Made by a program: the position numbers and the translations under genes
Shown here: in pieces, positions 7,297 through 14,812 of the stretch
How the letters are laid out: each line of letters starts with the position of its first letter
Position numbering within the stretch: the first letter of the stretch is position 1
The notes under the pieces: generated by a model
Databases searched by the model: none
What the model saw: only the letters and a program-made list of their open reading frames with translations
Told to the model about the DNA's origin: nothing
Assembly (NCBI GenBank): GCA_041657565.1
Contig: JBBABQ010000002.1
Span: 1-45,277 of the forward strand
DNA from: Minisyncoccota bacterium
GTDB taxonomy: Bacteria > Patescibacteriota > Minisyncoccia > Minisyncoccales > JAQTVQ01
Direction: 5' to 3'
DNA length: 45,277 bases

Positions 7297-9879
7297 ATGC
7301 AGAATAAAATAGCCAGATCTCTTTTCTTGCTGGCATTGGCCGGTTTCGGTTTTGTTTTGTTCAATGCCAAAGATCTTTCTCTGGCCAACTCGACCGCAGT
7401 TTCGGATATAAGCGTTTCCGTTTCCCCTTCTTCCGTCTACGTCGGAGGCATGGTGGAAGTGGCCGTATCGATGATCCCCGGAACCGTTTTTTCGGCGGAT
7501 TCCATATCCGTAAAATTGGCCAGCCCTTCGGCTTCCGATTATGTCCTTTTAAAAGATGTGAAAAAGGATTCTTCGGGAGTTTGGCGCGGGCAAATAACCA
7601 TCCCGTTGGAAGCCGAACTGGGAACGTGGAAAGTATATTTTGTCCAGGCGACGGATGCGGCGGGAGTTGTGAAGAATTATTATTACGACAGCATAAATGT
7701 TAATTTTTCCGTTGTCGGCCCTGATGGCAACGGCGGAGGCACGGTCTCTTCCTGCGATTTTGTTTATTCCGATTGGTCGGAATGCCAGAACGGTCTTCAG
7801 ACGAGAACGGTCCTCTCCACGTCGCCTTCCGGATGCAATGCGGGCACGGCTGTTTTGAGCCAGGCTTGCAGCGTCTGCACTATCACATACTCGAGCTGGA
7901 GCAATTGCGTAAACGGCCAGCAGAGCCGGACCATTGCCAGTAAAGAGCCGGCCGGATGCGTTGTGAGCGGGTTGGCCCCGGTCATGACAAGAGTTTGTAC
8001 GGTCTGTAATAGCTGGCAGTATTCGGATTGGGGCGTCTGCGCAGACGGCAGGCAGTCCAGGAAGATATTATATAGTTTTCCCGCCGGTTGCGTTGGGGGT
8101 AATCCGGAAATTTTAACTAGATCCTGTGAAAGCTCTTCTTGCCTGGATGAATGGACTTGCCATGCGTGGGGGGAGTGCGTGAACGGGGTTCAAAAAAGAG
8201 ATTGCAGTATTTCTTTTGATTGTTTAAGCTCGGAAGATAAAGCGCCCGAAATAGAGCAAGCTTGCATATCCAGTCCGACATCGACCGTGCCTTGCCAATA
8301 TGGATATTCCGAATGGGGCGTTTGCGATAACGGCAAGCAAAGGCGGACCATCGCAAGCAAGACTCCTGATGGATGCGTTGGGACGGTGGATAGCGCTTAT
8401 TTGGAAAGATATTGCACGGCAACTACGTCTTCTTTGCCGGCTTGCGTCTATACTTACGGCGCTTGGAGCGATTGTTCGAACGGGAAGAAAACGAGATCCG
8501 TGGTTTCGACCTATCCGGAGAAGTGTTTGTCCGGGAATGCGATCACTGAGGCGGAATGCGAAGACCTGCCGGACTGCACTTCGGAGGATTGGAAATGCGG
8601 AGAATGGAGCGTTTGTAATTCCGACCGAAGGCAGTACAGGAGGTGTTCATTGGATTCAAATTGCGTTTCCGCTTCTGCCGTAAAACCGGCTCTTGAGCAA
8701 ATTTGCGTTCAGCCGCAAGCTTCTTCAACGGCTGGCGGAGCGCAGGCCAGTGCAATAATCCCGGCGACAGGAACGACGGGAGAAGTTCAAGATGAATCTT
8801 GCGTCCGGGCCGAGCTGAAAGACCAGGGAGATTGCCAATGGTATTTGTATAAATTCAAAATAGCCGAAGAATGTTTGGGAAAAGGATTGGGCGATCAAAA
8901 TAAATGCCGGGAATATTTCTTGGCCAAATATGGAAAGCCTCTGAAGTGCCAGGGAATGAGCGATGAAAAATGCGATTCTTTGATCAACGAAATAATTTTA
9001 TCGGATCTGAAGAATGTTATCGTTCCGGAGATCAGGCAAACTTTAGCCGAGCTTTCCGGCAATACCGCTATGGCCGACGGAGAGAACAGGACGCTGGCCG
9101 TAAATATCGGGGATAAAGAAGGGGGGACGGTTTCCATCAGAGAAGTGAAGTTGGAGGGAATGCCTCTTTCCCGGTCGGGCGGCCGGGTTGCGGTTTCTTT
9201 GCTCCCCACGGTTGCCACCAGCCAGCAAGAAACCCTTTCGCCGGTAGCGATCGGTTTTGATTCTAACGGCAACGGCGTTCCGGATGACGCCGAAGGCCGC
9301 CTGGGTTCTTTGCCGTCGGCGGATCGGGATTCCATCACCAAAGAACAGCTGTCCGCCTTAAGCGGGATCGATCAAGCCTTGATCCGAGGAAAATCTCTGG
9401 AGCAGCCGAAATTCGGCAATGCCAGTTCGAGCGGATATTTAACGGTTTTATCTATAGGGAACGCGGTATCCGCAAGCGGCGGCGATACGGGAACTCTTAA
9501 GTTTCAGGGAAAAGCTTTGCCTGGACAGGTTGTCACTTTGTTCGTTTACAGCCCTATCCCGATAGTCTTGACCGTGAAGGCGGACCAAAACGGTAATTGG
9601 ATCTACGATCTTGATAAAACCTTGATCGACGGCACCCATGAGGTTTATGCCGTGATCAACGACGAAGAAGGGCGGATAGTGGAAGCCAGCTTGCCGGCCC
9701 CGTTCTTTATCCAAGAGGCTAAAGCCGTTACGGTCAATGATTTTGTGAAGACCCAGAGCGCTGCGGCGGTTCCCGACCAATCGGCCAATTTCATAACTTT
9801 TTATTTGCTTGGGGGAGGAGCGTTCATCCTTATAATCGTCGTAGCTTTCCTGCTCTTTAGGAAAAGAGCGACAGAATGA
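7297..9879 (+). CDS. large secreted, C-terminally membrane-anchored surface protein with Cys-rich repeats and Ig-like modules
   Basis: Signal-like N-terminus 'SLFLLALAGFGFVLF', seven ~40-aa Cys repeats, and a C-terminal TM 'FITFYLLGGGAFILIIVVAFLLF' followed by RKR. Confidence 0.85.
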   Translation: MQNKIARSLFLLALAGFGFVLFNAKDLSLANSTAVSDISVSVSPSSVYVGGMVEVAVSMIPGTVFSADSISVKLASPSASDYVLLKDVKKDSSGVWRGQITIPLEAELGTWKVYFVQATDAAGVVKNYYYDSINVNFSVVGPDGNGGGTVSSCDFVYSDWSECQNGLQTRTVLSTSPSGCNAGTAVLSQACSVCTITYSSWSNCVNGQQSRTIASKEPAGCVVSGLAPVMTRVCTVCNSWQYSDWGVCADGRQSRKILYSFPAGCVGGNPEILTRSCESSSCLDEWTCHAWGECVNGVQKRDCSISFDCLSSEDKAPEIEQACISSPTSTVPCQYGYSEWGVCDNGKQRRTIASKTPDGCVGTVDSAYLERYCTATTSSLPACVYTYGAWSDCSNGKKTRSVVSTYPEKCLSGNAITEAECEDLPDCTSEDWKCGEWSVCNSDRRQYRRCSLDSNCVSASAVKPALEQICVQPQASSTAGGAQASAIIPATGTTGEVQDESCVRAELKDQGDCQWYLYKFKIAEECLGKGLGDQNKCREYFLAKYGKPLKCQGMSDEKCDSLINEIILSDLKNVIVPEIRQTLAELSGNTAMADGENRTLAVNIGDKEGGTVSIREVKLEGMPLSRSGGRVAVSLLPTVATSQQETLSPVAIGFDSNGNGVPDDAEGRLGSLPSADRDSITKEQLSALSGIDQALIRGKSLEQPKFGNASSSGYLTVLSIGNAVSASGGDTGTLKFQGKALPGQVVTLFVYSPIPIVLTVKADQNGNWIYDLDKTLIDGTHEVYAVINDEEGRIVEASLPAPFFIQEAKAVTVNDFVKTQSAAAVPDQSANFITFYLLGGGAFILIIVVAFLLFRKRATE
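7753..8706 (+). repeat. seven tandem ~40-aa Cys-rich repeats (coding), thrombospondin type-1-like pattern
   Basis: Pattern C-x4-5-[YW][SG]xW[SG]xCxNGxQxR-x7-10-C-x10-14-C, e.g. 'CDFVYSDWSECQNGLQTRTV...GC...AC' and 'CQYGYSEWGVCDNGKQRRTI...GC...YC'. There are 5 copies of one subtype and 2 of a second ('DEWTCHAWGECVNGVQKRDC', 'EDWKCGEWSVCNSDRRQYRRC'). Confidence 0.85.
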
Positions 9880-11243
9880 TCATGGCTGGAAAAACCCATT
9901 CCAAAATAAAATTTTTACAGGATAACAAACAGGTTGTCTATTCTCTTATTTTGATGATCGTTATTCCGGGCGCGCTGATCTTCAATACGTGGCTTTTGTC
10001 CGGATATTTCAGGAACACGGTAGACCAGAGCATCCACGATAAGGCTATCGCCATAGGCCTGTCGATCAATACGTCTTTGGCCGACAAGCTGGATTCTCCC
10101 GAAGCCGTACAATCATTTATAGATAACTGGCAGAAATACAGCGAAGAAACGAAAATGCTGGATGTAATGTATTTGGAGAAAGACAGCTTTAAGCTGGTGG
10201 CCAGCATCGACAAGGAAAGGGTCGGGGAGATCGATAGCGATCTGCCGATCGATCCGGCGGCTTGCATGATCTCTTGGAAAAACGGCAGGCCGCTCGCGCA
10301 GAAAGTTTTTTCGCAGGGAAGCAACAATCCTTATTGGCTTGTGTTGATGCCGTTGACCGATCTTCAGGGAGAAAAGAAGGCCCTTTTGGCCATGGAATTT
10401 TCGACCGATTTTGTCAGCTTCAATCTGATGGGCGCCCTCGTCAAATCTTATCTTATTTTGATGCTTACGGTAGTTTTGATAATCCTCCTTTTGTACGTTA
10501 ACTCCCATCTTTTCGAGTATTCGATCCTTTACAACAAGATCAAAGAGATAGACGCGATGAAGGACGATTTTATCTCCATCGCTTCGCATGAGCTTAGGAC
10601 CCCGGTCGTCGCTATCAAAGGATTCGCTTCTATGATCATAGAAGAGTCTCAAAGTTTGGCGCTGAACGAAAAAATGAGGGAATATGTGGGGATAATCAGC
10701 GCCTCGGCCGATCGTTTGGCCATGCTGATAGAAGACCTCCTGAATGTCAGCCGCATCGATCAGGGGCGGTTTAAAATGGACCTTAAAGAAATAGATGCTT
10801 GGCCGGTCATAGAAGAAACATTAAAGGAATTTACGCCTCAGGCCAATGAGAAAAAATTGGCTTTATCTTGCGTTTTGGAGCCGGGTTCTAAAACTATCGT
10901 CTTGATAGACAGGGACCGTTTTAAGCAGTCCCTGATAAATGTCATTGGCAACGCCGTCAAGTATACACCTTCCGGCAGCGTTGAGGTTCGGGCCAGAAGC
11001 AAAGGGAAGAGCTTTACCGTTACCGTCAAAGATACGGGGATAGGAATGACGGCGAAAGAAAGGGAGCATTTGTTCGATAAATTTTATCGCATCAAGAAAA
11101 AAGAAACGGAGGATATTATCGGAACCGGCTTGGGCCTTTGGATAACCAGGCAAATGATCGGTCTGATGAAAGGGAGCATATCTGTCGATTCGATAGAGAG
11201 GGTCGGCAGCCAGGTAACCATAGAGCTGCCTTTGGCCGGCTGA
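9876..11243 (+). CDS. sensor histidine kinase (2 TM, extracytoplasmic domain, HisKA + HATPase_c)
   Basis: H-box 'SHELRTP', N-box 'NVIGNAVKYT' and G-boxes 'DTGIGM'/'GTGLGL'. The ATGA overlap with the upstream gene implies coupling. Confidence 0.9.
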   Translation: MIMAGKTHSKIKFLQDNKQVVYSLILMIVIPGALIFNTWLLSGYFRNTVDQSIHDKAIAIGLSINTSLADKLDSPEAVQSFIDNWQKYSEETKMLDVMYLEKDSFKLVASIDKERVGEIDSDLPIDPAACMISWKNGRPLAQKVFSQGSNNPYWLVLMPLTDLQGEKKALLAMEFSTDFVSFNLMGALVKSYLILMLTVVLIILLLYVNSHLFEYSILYNKIKEIDAMKDDFISIASHELRTPVVAIKGFASMIIEESQSLALNEKMREYVGIISASADRLAMLIEDLLNVSRIDQGRFKMDLKEIDAWPVIEETLKEFTPQANEKKLALSCVLEPGSKTIVLIDRDRFKQSLINVIGNAVKYTPSGSVEVRARSKGKSFTVTVKDTGIGMTAKEREHLFDKFYRIKKKETEDIIGTGLGLWITRQMIGLMKGSISVDSIERVGSQVTIELPLAG

Positions 11244-11468
11244 CCTTGACTTTATTGCTATTTTATTTTGAAATGCCGGTTTCGGGCCGAAGAATGGAAA
11301 AGTATTGACAGGAGCTTTTAAAAAGAATATCAGGTTTAATAAGGCAAATTTAAAAACACGGAAATCTCTTGATGTTTGTACGGCTGTTGATCTAGGGTCG
11401 GAGCTGGTTTTAAGCTTTTTAGGCTAAAGGTCGGACGTTTAATAAAAATTAATTCAGAACAATATCAA

Positions 11469-11546
11469 ATGAAATTTGTCTTCAAAAAGGTAAAGTTATC
11501 CGCTCTTTATGAGATCAAAGCGGCTTGTCAAGATTGTCATTTCTAG
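11469..11546 (+). CDS. unannotated 25-aa ORF 'MKFVFKKVKLSALYEIKAACQDCHF', candidate RiPP precursor peptide
   Basis: ATG ORF below the 60-aa track cutoff. The N-half is basic and helical and the C-terminus has a CxxC. A 15-bp-stem terminator follows 6 nt later, and the rSAM/PqqD operon is immediately downstream. There is no clear SD. Confidence 0.4.
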   Translation: MKFVFKKVKLSALYEIKAACQDCHF

Positions 11547-11552
11547 TGGATG

Positions 11553-11595
11553 ATGCAAGACAAGAGTGTTGGTACTCTTGTCTTGCATTTTTTTT
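11553..11595 (+). terminator. very strong rho-independent terminator/attenuator
   Basis: Perfect 15-bp stem ATGCAAGACAAGAGT/ACTCTTGTCTTGCAT with a GTTGGT loop, followed by T8. Confidence 0.9.
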
Positions 11596-11611
11596 ATATC
11601 TTGTTTTGAAT

Positions 11612-11983
11612 ATGTATTCCCTCTATCTCTTATCGGAGAACGTCGGTTTGCGCAAAGAAAAAAAAGGCGGAGTGCTTCTCCTGAGGAATAAAGAAGACAA
11701 TTCTTTATTTTTTTATATACCGGACGATTTTGGGATTTTTTTAGAAATGAAGGAAGGGGGCCGCTGTCTTGGCGTCGATCTTTGCAAATTCAAAGACGCG
11801 GGCCGGATCATTCTGTTTTTGTCTTATATGATCAAGAACGGCATATTGGTTCACAAAAAAGATTGCTCCAAAAAAAGCGGTTGCGGCGCCAAATTCGTCG
11901 AGCTCAAGTCTGCCCCCAAGATGATCAGCCTGTTCATAACTCCAACCGTCCATTTCAGAAGATATTACGGATATGGCAACTGA
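11612..11983 (+). CDS. hypothetical protein (123 aa from ATG 11612), first gene of the rSAM operon; coding status uncertain
   Basis: The ORF-track start at 11525 (TTG) runs through the terminator hairpin, so I moved it to the first ATG. It overlaps the rSAM start by 11 nt. It has 5 Cys and the C-terminus 'HFRRYYGYGN'. I recognise no family. Confidence 0.3.
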   Translation: MYSLYLLSENVGLRKEKKGGVLLLRNKEDNSLFFYIPDDFGIFLEMKEGGRCLGVDLCKFKDAGRIILFLSYMIKNGILVHKKDCSKKSGCGAKFVELKSAPKMISLFITPTVHFRRYYGYGN

Positions 11984-12998
11984 TAATTTTAAATTAAAGT
12001 CTCCTCTTAAGGTGACCTTGAACGTTACCAACAGGTGCAATTTCAAGTGCGTCCATTGTTATAACGGCTCTTCATCGGGATGGGAAGGAGAAGAGTTGGG
12101 TTTGGCGGAAATAAAATCCCTCTTGAAAGAGCTTAAAAAGATGGAAGTTTTTTTGATATCCGTGAACGGCGGCGAACCTTTTTTGAGGAAAGATATTTTT
12201 GAGATACTGGAAGAGATAAACCGCCTTGGTTTTGTTTCCAATATAAATACGAATGCCTCATTGGTCACGCCGGAGATCGCCAAGAGGATGTCGGAATTGG
12301 GTTTTAAAAGCGTAGACGTCTCTTTGCACGCCGATAACAGAAAGAATTTTTTACGGTTTACGGGGTCGGAATTATTCGACCAAACAGCCGCCGGGATCAA
12401 AAATCTGATCAAGGCGGGAGTTCCTCCGAGCATCGCTTTTGTAGCTACTTCCGTGAACATCAGCTGGGCGTCGGACGTTGTAAAAACGGCCGCGAACCTG
12501 GGAGTAAGATCCATGCACACAATAGTCCTGGTCGAAAGAGGCAGGGCGGCCGGGAGCGGCCTGACCGTGAAAATGGCGGACTTGAAAAAAGCTTACGACA
12601 AGCTCATCAAGCAAGGGGAAAAATATAAGGTCGATCTCTTTTTGGAATGTCCGTTCAACTTGCACGAAGGGATCGCTTCCTACGGGATGGAGGATATTGA
12701 GATGGATGGAGGCTGTTTCGGCGGAAGGTATTTAGCTTGCGTCCAGGCGAACGGAGACGTTACGCCTTGCGCCCTTTTTCCCGATTACGTGGTCGGGAAC
12801 ATCAAACAAAAAAAGTTTTTCGATATTTGGAATTCTTCGGAGATGTCCGCGTTGGAAGGAGGAAAGTATGAACTGCCGGAAGGATGCGGACGCTGCGAGA
12901 TATTGGCAAAATGCCATGGCGGATGTCCGACATCAAGCTATTCTCCGGAGGGGTTCGTTCCGGACCATTTCTGCGTAAAAAACAAAAATAATAATTAA
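11973..12998 (+). CDS. radical SAM enzyme with C-terminal SPASM domain (peptide-modifying type)
   Basis: 'CNFKCVHC' CxxxCxxC cluster and 'NGGEPFL'. C-terminal block 'GGCFGG...ANGDVTPC...GNI...IW...CGRCEILAKCHGGC'. Confidence 0.9.
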   Translation: MATDNFKLKSPLKVTLNVTNRCNFKCVHCYNGSSSGWEGEELGLAEIKSLLKELKKMEVFLISVNGGEPFLRKDIFEILEEINRLGFVSNINTNASLVTPEIAKRMSELGFKSVDVSLHADNRKNFLRFTGSELFDQTAAGIKNLIKAGVPPSIAFVATSVNISWASDVVKTAANLGVRSMHTIVLVERGRAAGSGLTVKMADLKKAYDKLIKQGEKYKVDLFLECPFNLHEGIASYGMEDIEMDGGCFGGRYLACVQANGDVTPCALFPDYVVGNIKQKKFFDIWNSSEMSALEGGKYELPEGCGRCEILAKCHGGCPTSSYSPEGFVPDHFCVKNKNNN

Positions 12999-13008
12999 TA
13001 TATCTGAT

Positions 13009-13281
13009 ATGGCAAAAATAACATTCAATGAAGATCTTTTTTCCTTGGTCCCCTCGCCGGAAGATCCGGGAGTGGCTTTCGTTTTTAATAAGAAGGACGG
13101 TTCCATCTTCCAGATCGAAGGGGTTACCAAAGAGATAATAACCGGGCTGAAAGGCAAGAAAAAGGAGGAAGAATCTCTTGTCGACGCTTATATAGCTAAA
13201 TATAAAATGGGCGCCAAGGATGTAAAAAGTTTCAGATCTTTTTTGGCTAAAGTTAAAAAAGCCAGAGTTATCATTAACTGA
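13009..13281 (+). CDS. PqqD-like peptide chaperone / RiPP recognition element
   Basis: 90 aa. 'GVAFVFNKKDGSIFQIEGVTKEIITGL...SLVDAYIAKY...DVKSFRSFLAKVKKARVI' follows the PqqD-family pattern. It sits between the two rSAM genes. Confidence 0.7.
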   Translation: MAKITFNEDLFSLVPSPEDPGVAFVFNKKDGSIFQIEGVTKEIITGLKGKKKEEESLVDAYIAKYKMGAKDVKSFRSFLAKVKKARVIIN

Positions 13282-13288
13282 AAAGACC

Positions 13289-14275
13289 ATGCCAGCCTCC
13301 AAGGAAAAAACGAAATTTTATATCCAATGGCATCTTTCCGACAGGTGCAATTTAAGATGCAAGCATTGCTACGTTTCGGAGAGGAAGACGCACCTGCCTT
13401 TACCCAAGTTAAAAGACGGCATCGACAACGTGTTAAGGCCTGTTTCCAATTGGGTTGACGAGATCAGCGTTTGTTTGTCGGGAGGGGAGCCGTTTTTATA
13501 TCCTGACCTGGCAGAGATAGTCCTTCATCTTAAAAAATGGAAAAAGGTCAAAAAAATAATGTTTACCTCCAACGGGACGCTGGCCGATAAAAAACTTTTA
13601 GGCAAGATAGGGAAGCATATCGATAATATCCAAATAAGCCTGGAAGGAGGAAAAGAGGCGAACGATCAAATAAGAGGAGGCGGAGTCTACGACCTCGTAA
13701 AGAAGAATATTCCCGTATATAGATCGTTGGGATGCAAGATCGCTGTTAACATGACGGTTCACAAACTCAACTATAAGGAGATCCCGGCGGTTATAAAGTT
13801 TTGCGAGGACAATAAAGTCGATATTTTCGCAATCTCCCGCCTTGTTCCCATCGGTAGCAACAATGAGGTGGCGAAATTAATGCTTTCCAAGAAACAAACA
13901 GAAGAGATATATTCCGGCCTGGTTTTTTTGTCGAAAAAAAAGAAGCTGAAATTTTCTTTTAACAGAACCTTATGGAACATCATCGACAAAAAGATCGGCC
14001 ATCCTTGTTCTGTCGGATTGAACGCGGTTGCGATATTGGCGGACGGGACGCTTTTGCCTTGCCGCAGGCTGGAAATACCGATAGGGAATTTTTTGAACGG
14101 TGATTTTGTCGACGTTTGGCTAAACTCCCCCGTTTTGAATAAATTGAGAGATCGGGGGAAAATAAAAAAATGCGGCTCTTGCGAACATTTGGAAAAATGC
14201 GGAGGATGCAGGGCCGTAGCTTACGGAAAAACCGGGGATCTTTTATCAGAAGATCCTCAGTGTTTTAAACTATGA
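13289..14275 (+). CDS. radical SAM enzyme with C-terminal SPASM domain (second maturase)
   Basis: 'CNLRCKHC' and 'SGGEPFL'. C-terminal block 'CSVGLN...ADGTLLPC...IGNF...VW...CGSCEHLEKCGGC'. Confidence 0.9.
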   Translation: MPASKEKTKFYIQWHLSDRCNLRCKHCYVSERKTHLPLPKLKDGIDNVLRPVSNWVDEISVCLSGGEPFLYPDLAEIVLHLKKWKKVKKIMFTSNGTLADKKLLGKIGKHIDNIQISLEGGKEANDQIRGGGVYDLVKKNIPVYRSLGCKIAVNMTVHKLNYKEIPAVIKFCEDNKVDIFAISRLVPIGSNNEVAKLMLSKKQTEEIYSGLVFLSKKKKLKFSFNRTLWNIIDKKIGHPCSVGLNAVAILADGTLLPCRRLEIPIGNFLNGDFVDVWLNSPVLNKLRDRGKIKKCGSCEHLEKCGGCRAVAYGKTGDLLSEDPQCFKL

Positions 14276-14784
14276 GCATCTTTCCCAGACATGTTTCTGC
14301 GGGAGACAACGTCATTATCCATGTGAAAATGATGAATCTTTCTTCCGTCTGCTTGCCGGTCAGTTTGGATACTTATATCCAGAATAAAGACAGAGGATCA
14401 AAAAAATGGATAGTACGTGAAGGCTTTTTCCTCCTCCCTCCGGCCGAAGACGGGAAAGAAGGGGTTGTTGAAAGGTATTTTTCCGTTGCTACCGACGGGA
14501 AGATGCCGCTTGGGAGGTACGATTGCTTCACCAGTATCAAATATCTGGACAGGAAAAGCATGTCTTTGACCAAAAAAGACGACCATTTTTTTCTTGAAGA
14601 GATAACCATTTCGGTGGAAGGAAGCTCGATCATATTAAAAAACAGTTCTCCGGTCGCCGCCGGCGTTAAAATATACCGTATTGGGGGGAGTGCCACAAAA
14701 AAAATAAGGGGGCTGGGGAAGATCAAATTTCCGAGGGTAGGGTTTCTTTATGCTGTCTACGCCAACAATAGCATATTGACCTGA
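14272..14784 (+). CDS. hypothetical protein (170 aa), translationally coupled to rSAM-2
   Basis: ATGA overlap with 13289..14275. No signal peptide. The sequence looks beta-rich ('VSAGDNVIIHVKMMNLSSVCLPVSLDTYI' is CARDB-like). No family recognised. Confidence 0.6.
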   Translation: MSIFPRHVSAGDNVIIHVKMMNLSSVCLPVSLDTYIQNKDRGSKKWIVREGFFLLPPAEDGKEGVVERYFSVATDGKMPLGRYDCFTSIKYLDRKSMSLTKKDDHFFLEEITISVEGSSIILKNSSPVAAGVKIYRIGGSATKKIRGLGKIKFPRVGFLYAVYANNSILT

Positions 14785-14812
14785 TATTGCGGCCGCATCT
14801 TCCCTCTCGGGC

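Noticed and set aside
11305-11427. TTG-initiated 40-codon ORF '(M)TGAFKKNIRFNKANLKTRKSLDVCTAVDLGSELVLSFLG' as an alternative precursor
   Set aside because: It has only a TTG start, which coincides with the best -35 hexamer (TTGACA). It has no terminator pairing and a single Cys. It is weaker than the ATG ORF at 11469.
11525-11611. TTG start and the first 29 codons of the ORF-track model 11525..11983
   Set aside because: This segment consists of the 15-bp-stem/T8 terminator hairpin. A gene is unlikely to start inside and read through it.
11741-12046. 101-aa minus-strand ORF (internal ATG version 11741..11953)
   Set aside because: The long version overlaps the well-supported rSAM-1 N-terminus in antisense. 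The 70-aa version cannot be excluded, but it has no SD, promoter or family support. It is kept only as an alternative in the findings.
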